Assembly (NCBI GenBank): GCA_022072455.1
Contig: JAJVHY010000014.1
Location: 57,693 to 121,692, forward strand
Direction: 5' to 3'
Length of the DNA: 64,000 bases
DNA from: Verrucomicrobiia bacterium
Lineage (GTDB): Bacteria; Verrucomicrobiota; Verrucomicrobiia; Palsa-1439
The position numbers were made by a program, and so were the translations under genes. Under the pieces are notes generated by a model. It was not told the DNA's origin and did no database searches. It saw only the letters and a program-made list of their open reading frames with translations. Positions 1 through 9,223 of the stretch are shown here, piece by piece; the stretch's first letter is position 1, and the number at the start of each line of letters is the position of its first letter.

Positions 1-2291
1 CCGGCGGATTGACGTTCAGCAATTTGACCGGCGCTTCCCTCCGCGGTCTGACCGGCACCGGGAATGTCACCCTGCAGAACACGGCCGGCACCGGCGTGGG
101 TTTGACCATTGGCAATACTGGCGCGAGCACCGTCTTTGGCGGCGTGCTCAGCGGCAGCGGCTCGCTCACGAAGAGCGGGGCCGGCAGCTTTGAATTGACC
201 GGCGCCAATACTTATAGCGGGGCCACCATCGTCAATGCCGGCACGCTGTCGGTCAACAACAGTTTGGCCAGCAGCGCCGTCACCATGAACGGCGGCACAC
301 TCGGCGGGACCGGCAGCATTGCCGGCGCGGTCAGTGTCAACAACGGCGGCCATCTTGCGCCGGGCAACACCGGCAGCACCATTGCGATTCAGCACATGGG
401 GTTGTTGACGTTGAATTCGGGGAGCGTGTTGGATTTCCAATTCCAGCCCAACCCGCCCGGCGGCCTCAACGACCAGATCATCGTGGATGCGGCCGGCGGG
501 CTGACAATCAACGGCGGTGGGTTCAACCTGCTGACCGAGACCGGTACCTTGGCGAATAACAATGCGCAACGGTTCACTGACATTGGCGTCTACAACTTGA
601 TTAACTACAGCGGCGTGCTTGGCGGGCTGGGGATCAGTGCACTCTCCGTTTTAAATCCGGCGGACACCAGCAGCTATGCATTTGGCGACAACGGCAGTTG
701 GATTACGTTGACCATTGGTGGCGGTGGCGTTGGCTGGAACGGCTCGTCCGGTGCTCCTGGCAATTGGAGCGATGCCGGCAACTGGAATGAAGCAGTTAGC
801 GCCGGTTCGCTGCTGGTATTTGCGGTCAATACGACCGTCAACAACAACAATGATTTTACGCCGGGAACATGGTTCAGCGGAATCGTCTTCAGCAACACCG
901 CCAATTCGTTTACGCTGAATGGGAATCCGCTGGCGTTGGCCGGCAATGTGGGGAACTTCAGCGCAAACTCGCAGACGATCAACACGGCCTTGATCCTGAC
1001 GAATGGCTCGCGGATCTTCGCCACCAGCGCCGGCAACATCATCGTCAACGCCGACATCAGCGAAGCCGGCGGCAGTTACGGGATTGTGAAGACCGGCTCC
1101 AAGACTTTGATTCTGAATGGCGGTAACACTTTCACCGGCGTGACGGAGATTCAAGGCGGGGCGTTGCGGGCGGCGGCGGGCGTCGGCTTGCCGGCGGCGA
1201 GCAACTTGAAACTTAATGGCGGCGTCTTCGAGAGTGCCGGTCCATTCAATCGCAGCCTCGGAACGATTGCCGGCGCTGTGCAGTGGACGGGCAGCGGCGG
1301 CTTCAGCGCGTCTGGCGGGACGCTGACGGTCAATCTCAACAACAATGCCGGTGGTCTAGTGTGGGGCAGCACGGCCAACTTTTTGCCCGACGGCAGTGCG
1401 CTGCGATTCAGTTCGAGCGGGGCGAATGGCATGGTGGCTTTTCTGAACCCGATCAACCTCAACGGCGGCTCGCGAACGGTGGACGTGACGCGCGGGACGA
1501 CGCCGATTGTGGATGCTGATTTGATCGGAGCTTTGAGCGGGACCGGCGGAAGCGGTCTCGTCAAGACCGGTGGCGGGGTATTGCGGTTAAGTGCGAACAA
1601 TACGTATGGCGGTTCGACGGTGGTGAATGGCGGAACTCTGATTGTCAACGGAGCATTGGCCAGCGGGGCCTTGAGCTTGAGCAGCGGTGCGTCGTTGGCA
1701 GGCACGGGAACGCTGGCCAGTGTGGTGAGTGGGGGCGGCACAATTGCCCCGGGGCACAGTCCCGGGATTCTGACGGTGAACCAGTTGGACCCGAGCGGGG
1801 GGCTGGACTTCAACTTCGAGTTCACCCGCCTCGACTCGCCGGATTATACGCAACCCGGGGCAAGCTCGAATGATGTGTTGCGGATTACGAACGCGACGCC
1901 ATTTACGGCCACGCTAGGGGTGGCGAACACGGTGAATCTGTATGTGACCGCGCCGCTGGCGATCGGAGTGACAAACTGGTTCCGCGGTGGATTCTACACC
2001 GATCAGAGCGTGAACTTTGACGCGTGGATTCTGGGAGCGACGTACCGGTGGTTTTATAATAGCGCCTTACAGGGTACGCCGGCCTTGGTGCGGACGGTGG
2101 ATGAAACCGGCACGCAGTTCAGTGGACAAAACGGCTGGGTGATGGAGTTCGGCGTTGTGGGCGGGACGATGCCCGTCGCGGTTGTGCCTGAGCCCAACGT
2201 GTTGGTCTTCTGGCTCAGTGGGAGTCTCACCTTCGCCATCGCTCGCCGCCGTAAACGACATGCTGGGCTTGCGGCGCCGACGGCGGCTTAA
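1..2291 (+). CDS. PEP-CTERM-anchored surface protein with autotransporter-associated beta-strand repeats; 5' end cut by window edge
   Basis: The frame is open from nt 1, with no in-frame stop before the listed TTG at 9. The protein is Gly/Asn/Thr-rich with recurring NTY-x-G-x-T-x-V-x-x-GTL units (TGANTYSGATIVNAGTL, SANNTYGGSTVVNGGTL). The C-terminus VPEPNVLVFWLSGSLTFAIARRRKRH is a PEP motif plus hydrophobic helix plus Arg cluster. Confidence 0.85.
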   Translation, partial: GGLTFSNLTGASLRGLTGTGNVTLQNTAGTGVGLTIGNTGASTVFGGVLSGSGSLTKSGAGSFELTGANTYSGATIVNAGTLSVNNSLASSAVTMNGGTLGGTGSIAGAVSVNNGGHLAPGNTGSTIAIQHMGLLTLNSGSVLDFQFQPNPPGGLNDQIIVDAAGGLTINGGGFNLLTETGTLANNNAQRFTDIGVYNLINYSGVLGGLGISALSVLNPADTSSYAFGDNGSWITLTIGGGGVGWNGSSGAPGNWSDAGNWNEAVSAGSLLVFAVNTTVNNNNDFTPGTWFSGIVFSNTANSFTLNGNPLALAGNVGNFSANSQTINTALILTNGSRIFATSAGNIIVNADISEAGGSYGIVKTGSKTLILNGGNTFTGVTEIQGGALRAAAGVGLPAASNLKLNGGVFESAGPFNRSLGTIAGAVQWTGSGGFSASGGTLTVNLNNNAGGLVWGSTANFLPDGSALRFSSSGANGMVAFLNPINLNGGSRTVDVTRGTTPIVDADLIGALSGTGGSGLVKTGGGVLRLSANNTYGGSTVVNGGTLIVNGALASGALSLSSGASLAGTGTLASVVSGGGTIAPGHSPGILTVNQLDPSGGLDFNFEFTRLDSPDYTQPGASSNDVLRITNATPFTATLGVANTVNLYVTAPLAIGVTNWFRGGFYTDQSVNFDAWILGATYRWFYNSALQGTPALVRTVDETGTQFSGQNGWVMEFGVVGGTMPVAVVPEPNVLVFWLSGSLTFAIARRRKRHAGLAAPTAA

Positions 2292-3313
2292 TACTTGAAA
2301 CGGTTCAATTCGAGTTGCTCGTCCAAGTTCCACCGGATGACTCCCATGTGGTAGCGGGCATGCCCCTTGACCCCGTTGGCGTAGTAGGCCGTCAGGAGAC
2401 TCCCGTCCGCGAGTTGGACGGTGGACGGGTAACCGCCGTCTGTCGTGTCGTCAAGGTCGAGCAACACCAGCGGTTGCAACCACGTCTGGCCATCCTTGGC
2501 GCCGACCAGCGCGCCGAGGCCGTAGAAACCGCGCTGCCGGATCCCGTAACTGAGCAGGATGCGTCCGTCCGCCAGGCGGAGAAGATGCGCCGGATGCTGA
2601 TAACGGCCGGTCAATGGACCAGTCAGTTTCCAACTCCGACCACCGTCGTTGCTGCGGAAGAGATCAAGGCGTTCCTCTGCAAACATGCGCGCTGCCGCCA
2701 GCCATTGGTTCCCGCCCAAATGGAGCAGGTCGGTTTCACTATGACGAGGCCCGATGAGCTTGACCGCCTGCCAGGTTCGCCCATCGTCATGACTCCGGTA
2801 AAAATGCGACTGATACGTGTTCTTCACCGTCCCACGAGCGTAACCGGCCACCGCGAGAGTGCCGTCGGGCGCCTGGACGATTTTTCCGAACGGGGTGATG
2901 TGCTTGGTCCCGCGCGGCGGTGGGAAAGTCGCTGTCCGCGTCCACGTGCACCCGCCATCGGTCGAACGACAGACCCAAGCCGGTAAAGGCTGAAAGCTAT
3001 CATCGGGGATAACCAAGGCCGGTTTGTTGTGGCGCAATGCCGCGCTCCGATACCCGGACGCGATGACGATCAACGCGCCATCGCGCGCCAAACCGACGGC
3101 GACATTCATGCGATTGGTGCTCGGCTCATGGGGCGCCGGCACACCACAGCGGTGCCAGAACCGGCCTTCGTCCCGGCTCTCCCAGCATTCGATGTCGCCG
3201 GGCAGGGTGCCGTGAGCTGGGCGGTTGAAAATTGTGGCGATGATCCGCCGGTCCGGCATGGGCGTCAGATTTGGCCAAGCGCAAACATTGTCAATGGCGA
3301 GATAGCGTGTCAT
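2288..3313 (-). CDS. BNR/Asp-box repeat (sialidase-fold) protein, no signal peptide
   Basis: Asp-boxes are STDGGCTW, SHDDGRTW, SNDGGRSW and SRDEGRFW. Start chosen at MTRYLAIDN (ATG 3313); the track start at 3358 and the ATG at 3325 are alternatives. Paralogue of 10827..11897. Confidence 0.75.
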   Translation of the reverse strand: MTRYLAIDNVCAWPNLTPMPDRRIIATIFNRPAHGTLPGDIECWESRDEGRFWHRCGVPAPHEPSTNRMNVAVGLARDGALIVIASGYRSAALRHNKPALVIPDDSFQPLPAWVCRSTDGGCTWTRTATFPPPRGTKHITPFGKIVQAPDGTLAVAGYARGTVKNTYQSHFYRSHDDGRTWQAVKLIGPRHSETDLLHLGGNQWLAAARMFAEERLDLFRSNDGGRSWKLTGPLTGRYQHPAHLLRLADGRILLSYGIRQRGFYGLGALVGAKDGQTWLQPLVLLDLDDTTDGGYPSTVQLADGSLLTAYYANGVKGHARYHMGVIRWNLDEQLELNRFKY

Positions 3314-3353
3314 GGTAGATGGCATGGTTGAAAAGTCATTGGTGGAGGTCAAG

Positions 3354-3367
3354 CTCAATCGTGTGAG
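3354..3367. promoter_or_regulatory. Palindromic motif copy a: CTCAATCGTGTGAG
   Basis: Perfect match to CTCAnnCGnnTGAG. It lies in the divergent intergenic region, 35 nt upstream of ATG 3403 (+) and upstream of the BNR gene start (-). Confidence 0.6.
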
Positions 3368-3402
3368 TTGTCTTCCCGTTACTGACTTGTTACAAATCGC
3401 TC

Positions 3403-4995
3403 ATGAACTTTGCCGGTCTCCACTATTACGATCCCGGGTGGATTGTCCCGACGCAGGAAACGATACGCGCCGAGGTTTGCATCTATGGCGGTACTGCGGC
3501 TGGTGTCGTAGCGGCGGTCAAGACAGCTCGGCTCGGGGCGAAGGTCGTGCTGCTTCAACCCGGTCAACACCTCGGTGGTCTGACAACCGGTGGCTTGGGG
3601 TACACCGACTACGGCAAGAAGCACGTCATCGGCGGCATGGCGCGTCAGTTCTACCGGGATCTCGGACACATGGCCGGCAAGAACGAGGAATGGCATTTCT
3701 GGCCGAGCGCCGCTGAACAGCTTTGCATCCGGCTGGTTGCCGACGCCTGTGTGCCGGTTCGGTACTGTCAGTATCTCGATGACGTTGAAATGTCCGGCCA
3801 GCGCATCAGGGCGGTCACGATGCACGGTGGATTACGCGTCGAGGCGGCGCTGTTTCTTGACGCTTCCTATGAAGGCGACTTGCTGGCCAAGGCCGGCGTC
3901 AGTTACACGGTTGGGCGCGAGGGCAACGCGCAGTATGGCGAAACGTTCAACGGCATCCAAGTTCATGGACTGCACCAGTTCAGTCATCCGATTGATCCCT
4001 ACGTCGTTGCCGGTGATCCAACGAGCGGGTTGTTGCCGCAGATTGTTAAGGAAGATTTGTCGAGCCGAACGGGCAGTGGCGACCAGCGCGTCCAAGCCTA
4101 CTGCTTCCGGATGTGCCTGACCGATGACCCGGCGTTGAAAATCGACTGGCCGAAGCCGGCTGACTTCGATCCGCTTCAGTATGTTTTGGCGACGCGCTGG
4201 TTCAACAGCCCCAAAGATCCCCGCAACGAGCAACTGCACGGCACCGATATCGTTCCGTCCAAATTCGATATCCTCGAACGGACCACGCCCGGCGGTGGCA
4301 ATAAGACCGACACCAACAACCACGGGCCGGTCTCCAGTGATTTCATTGGTGCGAATTACGATTGGCCGGAAGGCGACTACGCCACCCGCGAAAAAATTTT
4401 CCAACGGCACGTCAGTTACCAAATGGGATTCTACTGGCACATGGCCAACGCGCCTGAGATTCCGGAGCGCTACCGGCGCGCGTACCGGCGCTGGGGATTG
4501 CCGAAGGACGAGTTCCTGGATACCGGCCACTGGCCGCATCAACTTTACATCCGCGAGGCGCGGCGCATGGTCAGTGATTACGTGCTAACGGAAGCCGACT
4601 GCCGGTTGGAACGGACGGTTGATGACTCAGTTGGCATGGGCAGCTACAGCATGGACTCGCACAATTGTTCCCGGTTTGTGAAAGTTAAAAACGGTCGCGC
4701 CCGCGTTCTCAACGAGGGCGATGTCCAAGTCGCTCCCGCCGGGCCCTACCCCGTGTCGTATCGCAGTCTCGTGCCGAAACGGGGCGAATGTGAAAACTTG
4801 ATCGTGCCGGTCTGTCTTTCGGCTAGTCACATCAGTTATGGATCGGTGCGCATGGAGCCGGTCTTCATGATTCTCGGTGAATCCTCCGCCGTCGCGGCAA
4901 CCATGGCGCTCGCGGCGAAACAGGCTGTTCAGGACATTGATGTTCCCGCGCTCCAGCAACGCCTCTTGAAGGACGGACAGATTCTCCATGCCTGA
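3403..4995 (+). CDS. FAD-dependent oxidoreductase
   Basis: N-terminal dinucleotide-binding fold VCIYGGTAAGVVAAVKTARLGAKVVLL followed by GGLTTGG. 530 aa with a clean ATG. Confidence 0.7.
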   Translation: MNFAGLHYYDPGWIVPTQETIRAEVCIYGGTAAGVVAAVKTARLGAKVVLLQPGQHLGGLTTGGLGYTDYGKKHVIGGMARQFYRDLGHMAGKNEEWHFWPSAAEQLCIRLVADACVPVRYCQYLDDVEMSGQRIRAVTMHGGLRVEAALFLDASYEGDLLAKAGVSYTVGREGNAQYGETFNGIQVHGLHQFSHPIDPYVVAGDPTSGLLPQIVKEDLSSRTGSGDQRVQAYCFRMCLTDDPALKIDWPKPADFDPLQYVLATRWFNSPKDPRNEQLHGTDIVPSKFDILERTTPGGGNKTDTNNHGPVSSDFIGANYDWPEGDYATREKIFQRHVSYQMGFYWHMANAPEIPERYRRAYRRWGLPKDEFLDTGHWPHQLYIREARRMVSDYVLTEADCRLERTVDDSVGMGSYSMDSHNCSRFVKVKNGRARVLNEGDVQVAPAGPYPVSYRSLVPKRGECENLIVPVCLSASHISYGSVRMEPVFMILGESSAVAATMALAAKQAVQDIDVPALQQRLLKDGQILHA

Positions 4996-6049
4996 TGATT
5001 TTTATCCGGCGATGCTGGCGTTGTTCGGAGCCGGCGTTGAACCGCCCGCAAATTGGCCTGCAAGTTGGGACGCCGCGCTCGCAACGTTGCCGCCCGGGCC
5101 GCCTCCGTTTTTGCGCGCGGACTTCGTCCGTGAAGCGGCGGAATTTTCCGCCATTTCCGAGGAGTTGAAAACGGAGCTGCTCCGAGCTGCGCTCGTGGTC
5201 AAGGACGATCCGTTGTTGAGCCGGGTGGCGTGGTTTTTGCACCGCATTTACCTGGGCGCACCGCGACCTGGTGCCGCGGAGATTTGGCATTGGCCGTTCA
5301 ACGCCCGGCCGCTGCCGCGCCGCGCGGCACTCTTGCCGGCGCTCGTGGTGCTGGCGGGAACGACCGGGCTGCGCGAAATGCACCGGGCGCGTGGTATTCC
5401 GGACGATGTTACGCGCGCCACGCTCACGGACCTCGAAGTGTGGATCCGCACCTTTTACCGGCAGCATGGATACTGGGGCTTGCAGAATCTGGCGTGGTTG
5501 AGTTGGCATCTGCGCGGGGAACTCGTCCGCTTGGGCCGGCTGCAATTCAAGTATTTGCCATTTCCGGGGCCGCGCGTATTTCGCCACAAGCTGACCCGGA
5601 AAATCAGCCTGGAGCCGACGGACGGGGAGCCGGTCCTCGCGCCGGGTGACTTGGTGATCGACATTCACATCCCGGAAGGCGGGCCGATGGATTTCGACGC
5701 CTGCGGCGCCGCGCTCCGGCAAGCGGTCGAATTTCTTCCAAAACATTTGCCAACCCCGGCGCCGCCGGTGGCGTTCTATTGTTGCTCTTGGTTTCTCGAC
5801 CCGCAATATGCGCAGATCCTGCCGGCGAACTCGAACATTGTCCGATTTCTCCGCGAGTTTTATCTGTACCCGGTGCCGTCGGACGACCGGGAAGCGTTCC
5901 GACGCGTCTTCGGCGAGGTGCCGCGCGACTTGGCCACCGCGCCGCGCGACACGGCGTTACGGCGGGCGATGCTCGATTTCAAACTGGCCGGCGGTCAGCT
6001 CCGCTACTGCGCCGGCTTCAAACTCCTCGCCGGCTGGCGCTGGGGCTAG
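4988..6049 (+). CDS. Acyltransferase-like protein (NAT_N/GNAT_C-type), tentative
   Basis: GRLQF, IDIHIPEGGPM and CCSWFLDP resemble my memory of the N-acyltransferase N-terminal / GNAT-like C-terminal family. There is an 8-nt overlap with the upstream stop (ATGCCTGA). Confidence 0.4.
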   Translation: MPDDFYPAMLALFGAGVEPPANWPASWDAALATLPPGPPPFLRADFVREAAEFSAISEELKTELLRAALVVKDDPLLSRVAWFLHRIYLGAPRPGAAEIWHWPFNARPLPRRAALLPALVVLAGTTGLREMHRARGIPDDVTRATLTDLEVWIRTFYRQHGYWGLQNLAWLSWHLRGELVRLGRLQFKYLPFPGPRVFRHKLTRKISLEPTDGEPVLAPGDLVIDIHIPEGGPMDFDACGAALRQAVEFLPKHLPTPAPPVAFYCCSWFLDPQYAQILPANSNIVRFLREFYLYPVPSDDREAFRRVFGEVPRDLATAPRDTALRRAMLDFKLAGGQLRYCAGFKLLAGWRWG

Positions 6050-6849
6050 TCGCCCAATTTCGTCGGCCAGGTCGGCGCGCGGCGGGCTTTTTGGAATTTC
6101 TTCTGGAAGGCGGGCGTGCTCCGGTCGGCTCGCACCGCGTTGATCACCGCGCGCAACGAGTCGACGGCGCCGTCGAAGAAAATTTTCCCTTTGGCGGCTG
6201 TCGAGGGATAGGGGTCGCCGGAGATCGCCTGCGGCCAGGCGGACACCCAGGCGAACGGCGTCACCGCCCCGCACAACGGATCTGCCGGCATGGCTTTGAG
6301 CGCGCGGTGGGCGCCCTTCATCTTGACCAACTCCGGGTACAAGTGCAGCGCCAGGCTGGTCTCCGCTTCCCCACCATGTCCATCAAAACCCGACTCCATG
6401 TGTTTTTGATTTTCGGGTTTGCCCGTCAACGGCATGTACCAGAAATAGAGCGAGTACGACCGATCCAGCACGAGCCATTCGGTCATGAAGTAATCCACCC
6501 AATGCCGGTTGCCGCCATGACCGCTGACGAGCAGGATTTTTTTGAACCCGTTTCGCGCGATCTCATCACAAATATCGAGGGCCAAATCGTTCAGTACGCG
6601 CCCGCGCAACGTGATCGCCCCCGGGGCGGCTTGCATGGATTTGACTTCCGTATAAAACAGCGGCGGCAACACAACGGCTGGCTCGGCGAGCGCCGCGGCG
6701 CGAAGGCAACCGGCGTTGACCTTCATCGTGTCATTGCCCAATGGCAGATGCGCGGCGTGCGCCTCGATGCTGCCCATCGGCAAGACCGCGACTGCATTTT
6801 TTCGTGTTGTTTGTTTCAGTTCGCCACTCGTCAGATTAATCCATTCCAT
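6046..6849 (-). CDS. Creatininase-family amidohydrolase
   Basis: LPMGSIEAHAAHLPLGND and SGHGGN metal-site motifs. It is the last gene of the minus-strand operon 8256->6046. Confidence 0.75.
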   Translation of the reverse strand: MEWINLTSGELKQTTRKNAVAVLPMGSIEAHAAHLPLGNDTMKVNAGCLRAAALAEPAVVLPPLFYTEVKSMQAAPGAITLRGRVLNDLALDICDEIARNGFKKILLVSGHGGNRHWVDYFMTEWLVLDRSYSLYFWYMPLTGKPENQKHMESGFDGHGGEAETSLALHLYPELVKMKGAHRALKAMPADPLCGAVTPFAWVSAWPQAISGDPYPSTAAKGKIFFDGAVDSLRAVINAVRADRSTPAFQKKFQKARRAPTWPTKLGD

Positions 6850-7567
6850 TTTCGTCCTCTTTGTTTAAAACAAATTGCGTCAGTTCCCGGTAATCGCGGA
6901 ACGTTACAACCGCGCGAGTCGGCCCCGCCGCTGCGCCGGTCAGATGCAGCGCCGCGTCCCAGCCGAACGCCGTCGCGCCCTCGACATCCTTCACAACATC
7001 ATCGCCGACGTAAAGAATCGCCCCCGGTAACGCCGGCTGCCCGGCGGCGAAGATGCGCGGATCGGGTTTGTCCGCGCCGACATCGCACGAGCAGGTGAAC
7101 GTCTCGAAGTATTGCGCCAGTCCCACGCCGGCATAGGCCCGCCGCATCATGCGACCGGTCCAGTCGGAGTTCACCAGCAACGATTGCCGCACCCCGGCCG
7201 CGTGCAATGCCGCCAACGCGTCGGCGACGCCGTCCCACAACCATTCGCGGTACCGCGGCCCGCCGAGGGCGTCGGCGAACATCAGGCGTTCATCACCGCG
7301 TGAAGCGATTCCGAATTGATCGTAAAGCGCCGCGGCAAGTTTTTCCAAACTGTGCCACGCGCCGAGCCGGGCGCGTGATTCTTTTTCCGTTGCGTCAATC
7401 GTCGCCTCCAGACTGGCCGGCACTTTGTGGCCGTACATTTCCAGAAAATGCGCGGCGCGGCTGGCGCGTTGCCGGCGGATGTCGCGGGGGGATGGGAGGC
7501 CGGTGGGTTGGGCGGTTGTGTTGAAGATCGTGCCGCCGCTGTCCCAGATGACGAGCGGGTATTTCAT
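6836..7567 (-). CDS. HAD-superfamily hydrolase
   Basis: Motif I-like VIWDSGGTIF (nucleophile Asp, D+2 is Gly) and motif IV YVGDDVVKD. ATG 7567 forms an ATGA overlap with the upstream stop; the track start at 7609 would overlap the upstream gene. Confidence 0.65.
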   Translation of the reverse strand: MKYPLVIWDSGGTIFNTTAQPTGLPSPRDIRRQRASRAAHFLEMYGHKVPASLEATIDATEKESRARLGAWHSLEKLAAALYDQFGIASRGDERLMFADALGGPRYREWLWDGVADALAALHAAGVRQSLLVNSDWTGRMMRRAYAGVGLAQYFETFTCSCDVGADKPDPRIFAAGQPALPGAILYVGDDVVKDVEGATAFGWDAALHLTGAAAGPTRAVVTFRDYRELTQFVLNKEDENGMD

Positions 7568-8190
7568 CGTAACTCCGCCAACAGTGGTGGATGATCGCTG
7601 AGTTGCCACGGCTCGCCGGTGGGTGTGGTTCGACTGGTCTCGAGTGTCGCGAAGTTTGTCAGCCGGGCGGCCTGTATCGCGTCGAGCCAGATGTAGTCAA
7701 TGCGGCGATGCTGTTCGTCGAGTTTGCCGACATCGAAGTAGCCGGCCTCCAACATGAACCGGTACGGCGCGCTGCCGGGACGACTGTTGAAGTCGCCGAG
7801 GACGATCCCGGGCCGAGGTGAAGTTGCAAGGACGCGCTGGAGTTCGGCGACGCAAGCCGCTTCGGGGTCGGCGGCGAACCGGTCACTGGGCAGATGCACC
7901 ATGGCGATTTCGAGTTCGGGAAAGGAGGCGCGCAAATGGACACGTTCGGCTGGCGGCTGACCGGGGAGGTGAGTGCAATCGCGGAGAGTTGCTGGCCGGC
8001 GGGTCAGGATCGCGCCGCCGTAATCCTGTCGTTGTCCTCCCGGGGCGCGCAGCCACGCAGTCATCCCGAGTCGCTGGGCCAAGTCTTTAATCAAATCGTC
8101 GCAGTGCACTTCTTGCAAGCAGAGGACATCCGGGGCGAGCTTGGCGTAGAAATCGCCAAACGCCTCGAACACCTCCGGCACGGCCTGCAC
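7564..8190 (-). CDS. Endonuclease/exonuclease/phosphatase (EEP) family protein; true start probably upstream near 8256
   Basis: DVLCLQEVH, GDFNS, IDYIW and SDHPPL motifs. The in-frame upstream codons encode (L)KIISHNVYWFQG, the conserved first EEP strand, but contain no ATG/GTG/TTG. Confidence 0.7.
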   Translation of the reverse strand: MQAVPEVFEAFGDFYAKLAPDVLCLQEVHCDDLIKDLAQRLGMTAWLRAPGGQRQDYGGAILTRRPATLRDCTHLPGQPPAERVHLRASFPELEIAMVHLPSDRFAADPEAACVAELQRVLATSPRPGIVLGDFNSRPGSAPYRFMLEAGYFDVGKLDEQHRRIDYIWLDAIQAARLTNFATLETSRTTPTGEPWQLSDHPPLLAELR

Positions 8191-8294
8191 GCGTTCGCTG
8201 CCCCACCGTGACGGCGCGCCTTGAAACCAGTAAACGTTGTGCGAGATGATTTTCAGTGGTCGTAGTTCTACCGGATTGCTTGACGTTTGACAAT

Positions 8295-8308
8295 CTCATC
8301 CGTGTGAG
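8295..8308. promoter_or_regulatory. Palindromic motif copy b: CTCATCCGTGTGAG
   Basis: Perfect match, and the arms extend to ATCTCA/TGAGAT. It lies 14 nt upstream of ATG 8323 (+) and 38 nt upstream of the conserved EEP N-terminus (-). It is followed by TAAT. Confidence 0.6.
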
Positions 8309-8322
8309 ATAATCCACAGCTC

Positions 8323-9222
8323 ATGAGCGAAATTCCGCGGATCATTGATTCTCACCAGCACGTATTCTGGCTCGGGCGTGACGATGCCGGGTTGATTGCC
8401 GACATGGATGCGCATCGGATCGCGTATGCGTGGTTGTTGACATGGGAGATCCTGCCGGCGGAAGACAATCCCGCGTACCAGCGCTCGCTCAATCCCGAAC
8501 ACAAACGCGCCGACGGCACCCATCCCGGTATTCCGTTGAGCGATCTCATCAAGGCGCGCGACCGGTATCCCAAGCGGTTTGTCCTGGGGTGCTGTCCGCA
8601 CCCGGCGCATCCGTCGGCGCCGCTGGAGCTCGAACAAGCGTACCGGATCCACGGCGCGCGCGTCTGCGGTGAGTGGAAGTTCCGGATGCTCTTCGACGAC
8701 CCGCGCAGTCTCCAACTCTTCCACAAAGCCGGTGAGTTGAAGATGCCGGTCGTGTTGCACTTGGACGTGCCGTACCGGCGGAACGAGACGGGCGCGATCA
8801 CTTACGATCCGGCTTGGTACGGTGGCACGGTGGAAAATCTGGAACGCGCGCTGCAAGCGTGTCCGGCGACGATCTTCATCGGTCACGCGCCGGGATTCTG
8901 GCGCGAGATCAGTGGCGATGCCGGCAGCGATCCAGCGCCCTATCCCGCCGGCAAGATCACCACTGGCGGCCGGCTGTTCCGGTTGTTCGACACCTACCGG
9001 AATCTTTACGCCGATCTGTCGGCGGGTTCGGGGCGAACGGCGCTCAAGCGCGACCCAAAACATGCCGTCGAATTCCTCACCCGGTACCACGACCGGTTGC
9101 TCTTTGGTCGCGACTGCTTCGGACAGGAGACGCACGATTTTCTGAAAACGCTCAAACTGCCCAAGCGTGTCCGCGAAAACATCTATTACCGGAACGCGGA
9201 ACGGCTGGTTGCGAAACCTTGA
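8323..9222 (+). CDS. Amidohydrolase-2 family metal-dependent hydrolase (TIM barrel)
   Basis: IIDSHQHVFW (HxH), internal His/Asp ligand candidates, and a C-terminal YYRNAERL typical of the family. Confidence 0.7.
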   Translation: MSEIPRIIDSHQHVFWLGRDDAGLIADMDAHRIAYAWLLTWEILPAEDNPAYQRSLNPEHKRADGTHPGIPLSDLIKARDRYPKRFVLGCCPHPAHPSAPLELEQAYRIHGARVCGEWKFRMLFDDPRSLQLFHKAGELKMPVVLHLDVPYRRNETGAITYDPAWYGGTVENLERALQACPATIFIGHAPGFWREISGDAGSDPAPYPAGKITTGGRLFRLFDTYRNLYADLSAGSGRTALKRDPKHAVEFLTRYHDRLLFGRDCFGQETHDFLKTLKLPKRVRENIYYRNAERLVAKP

Positions 9223-9223
9223 G

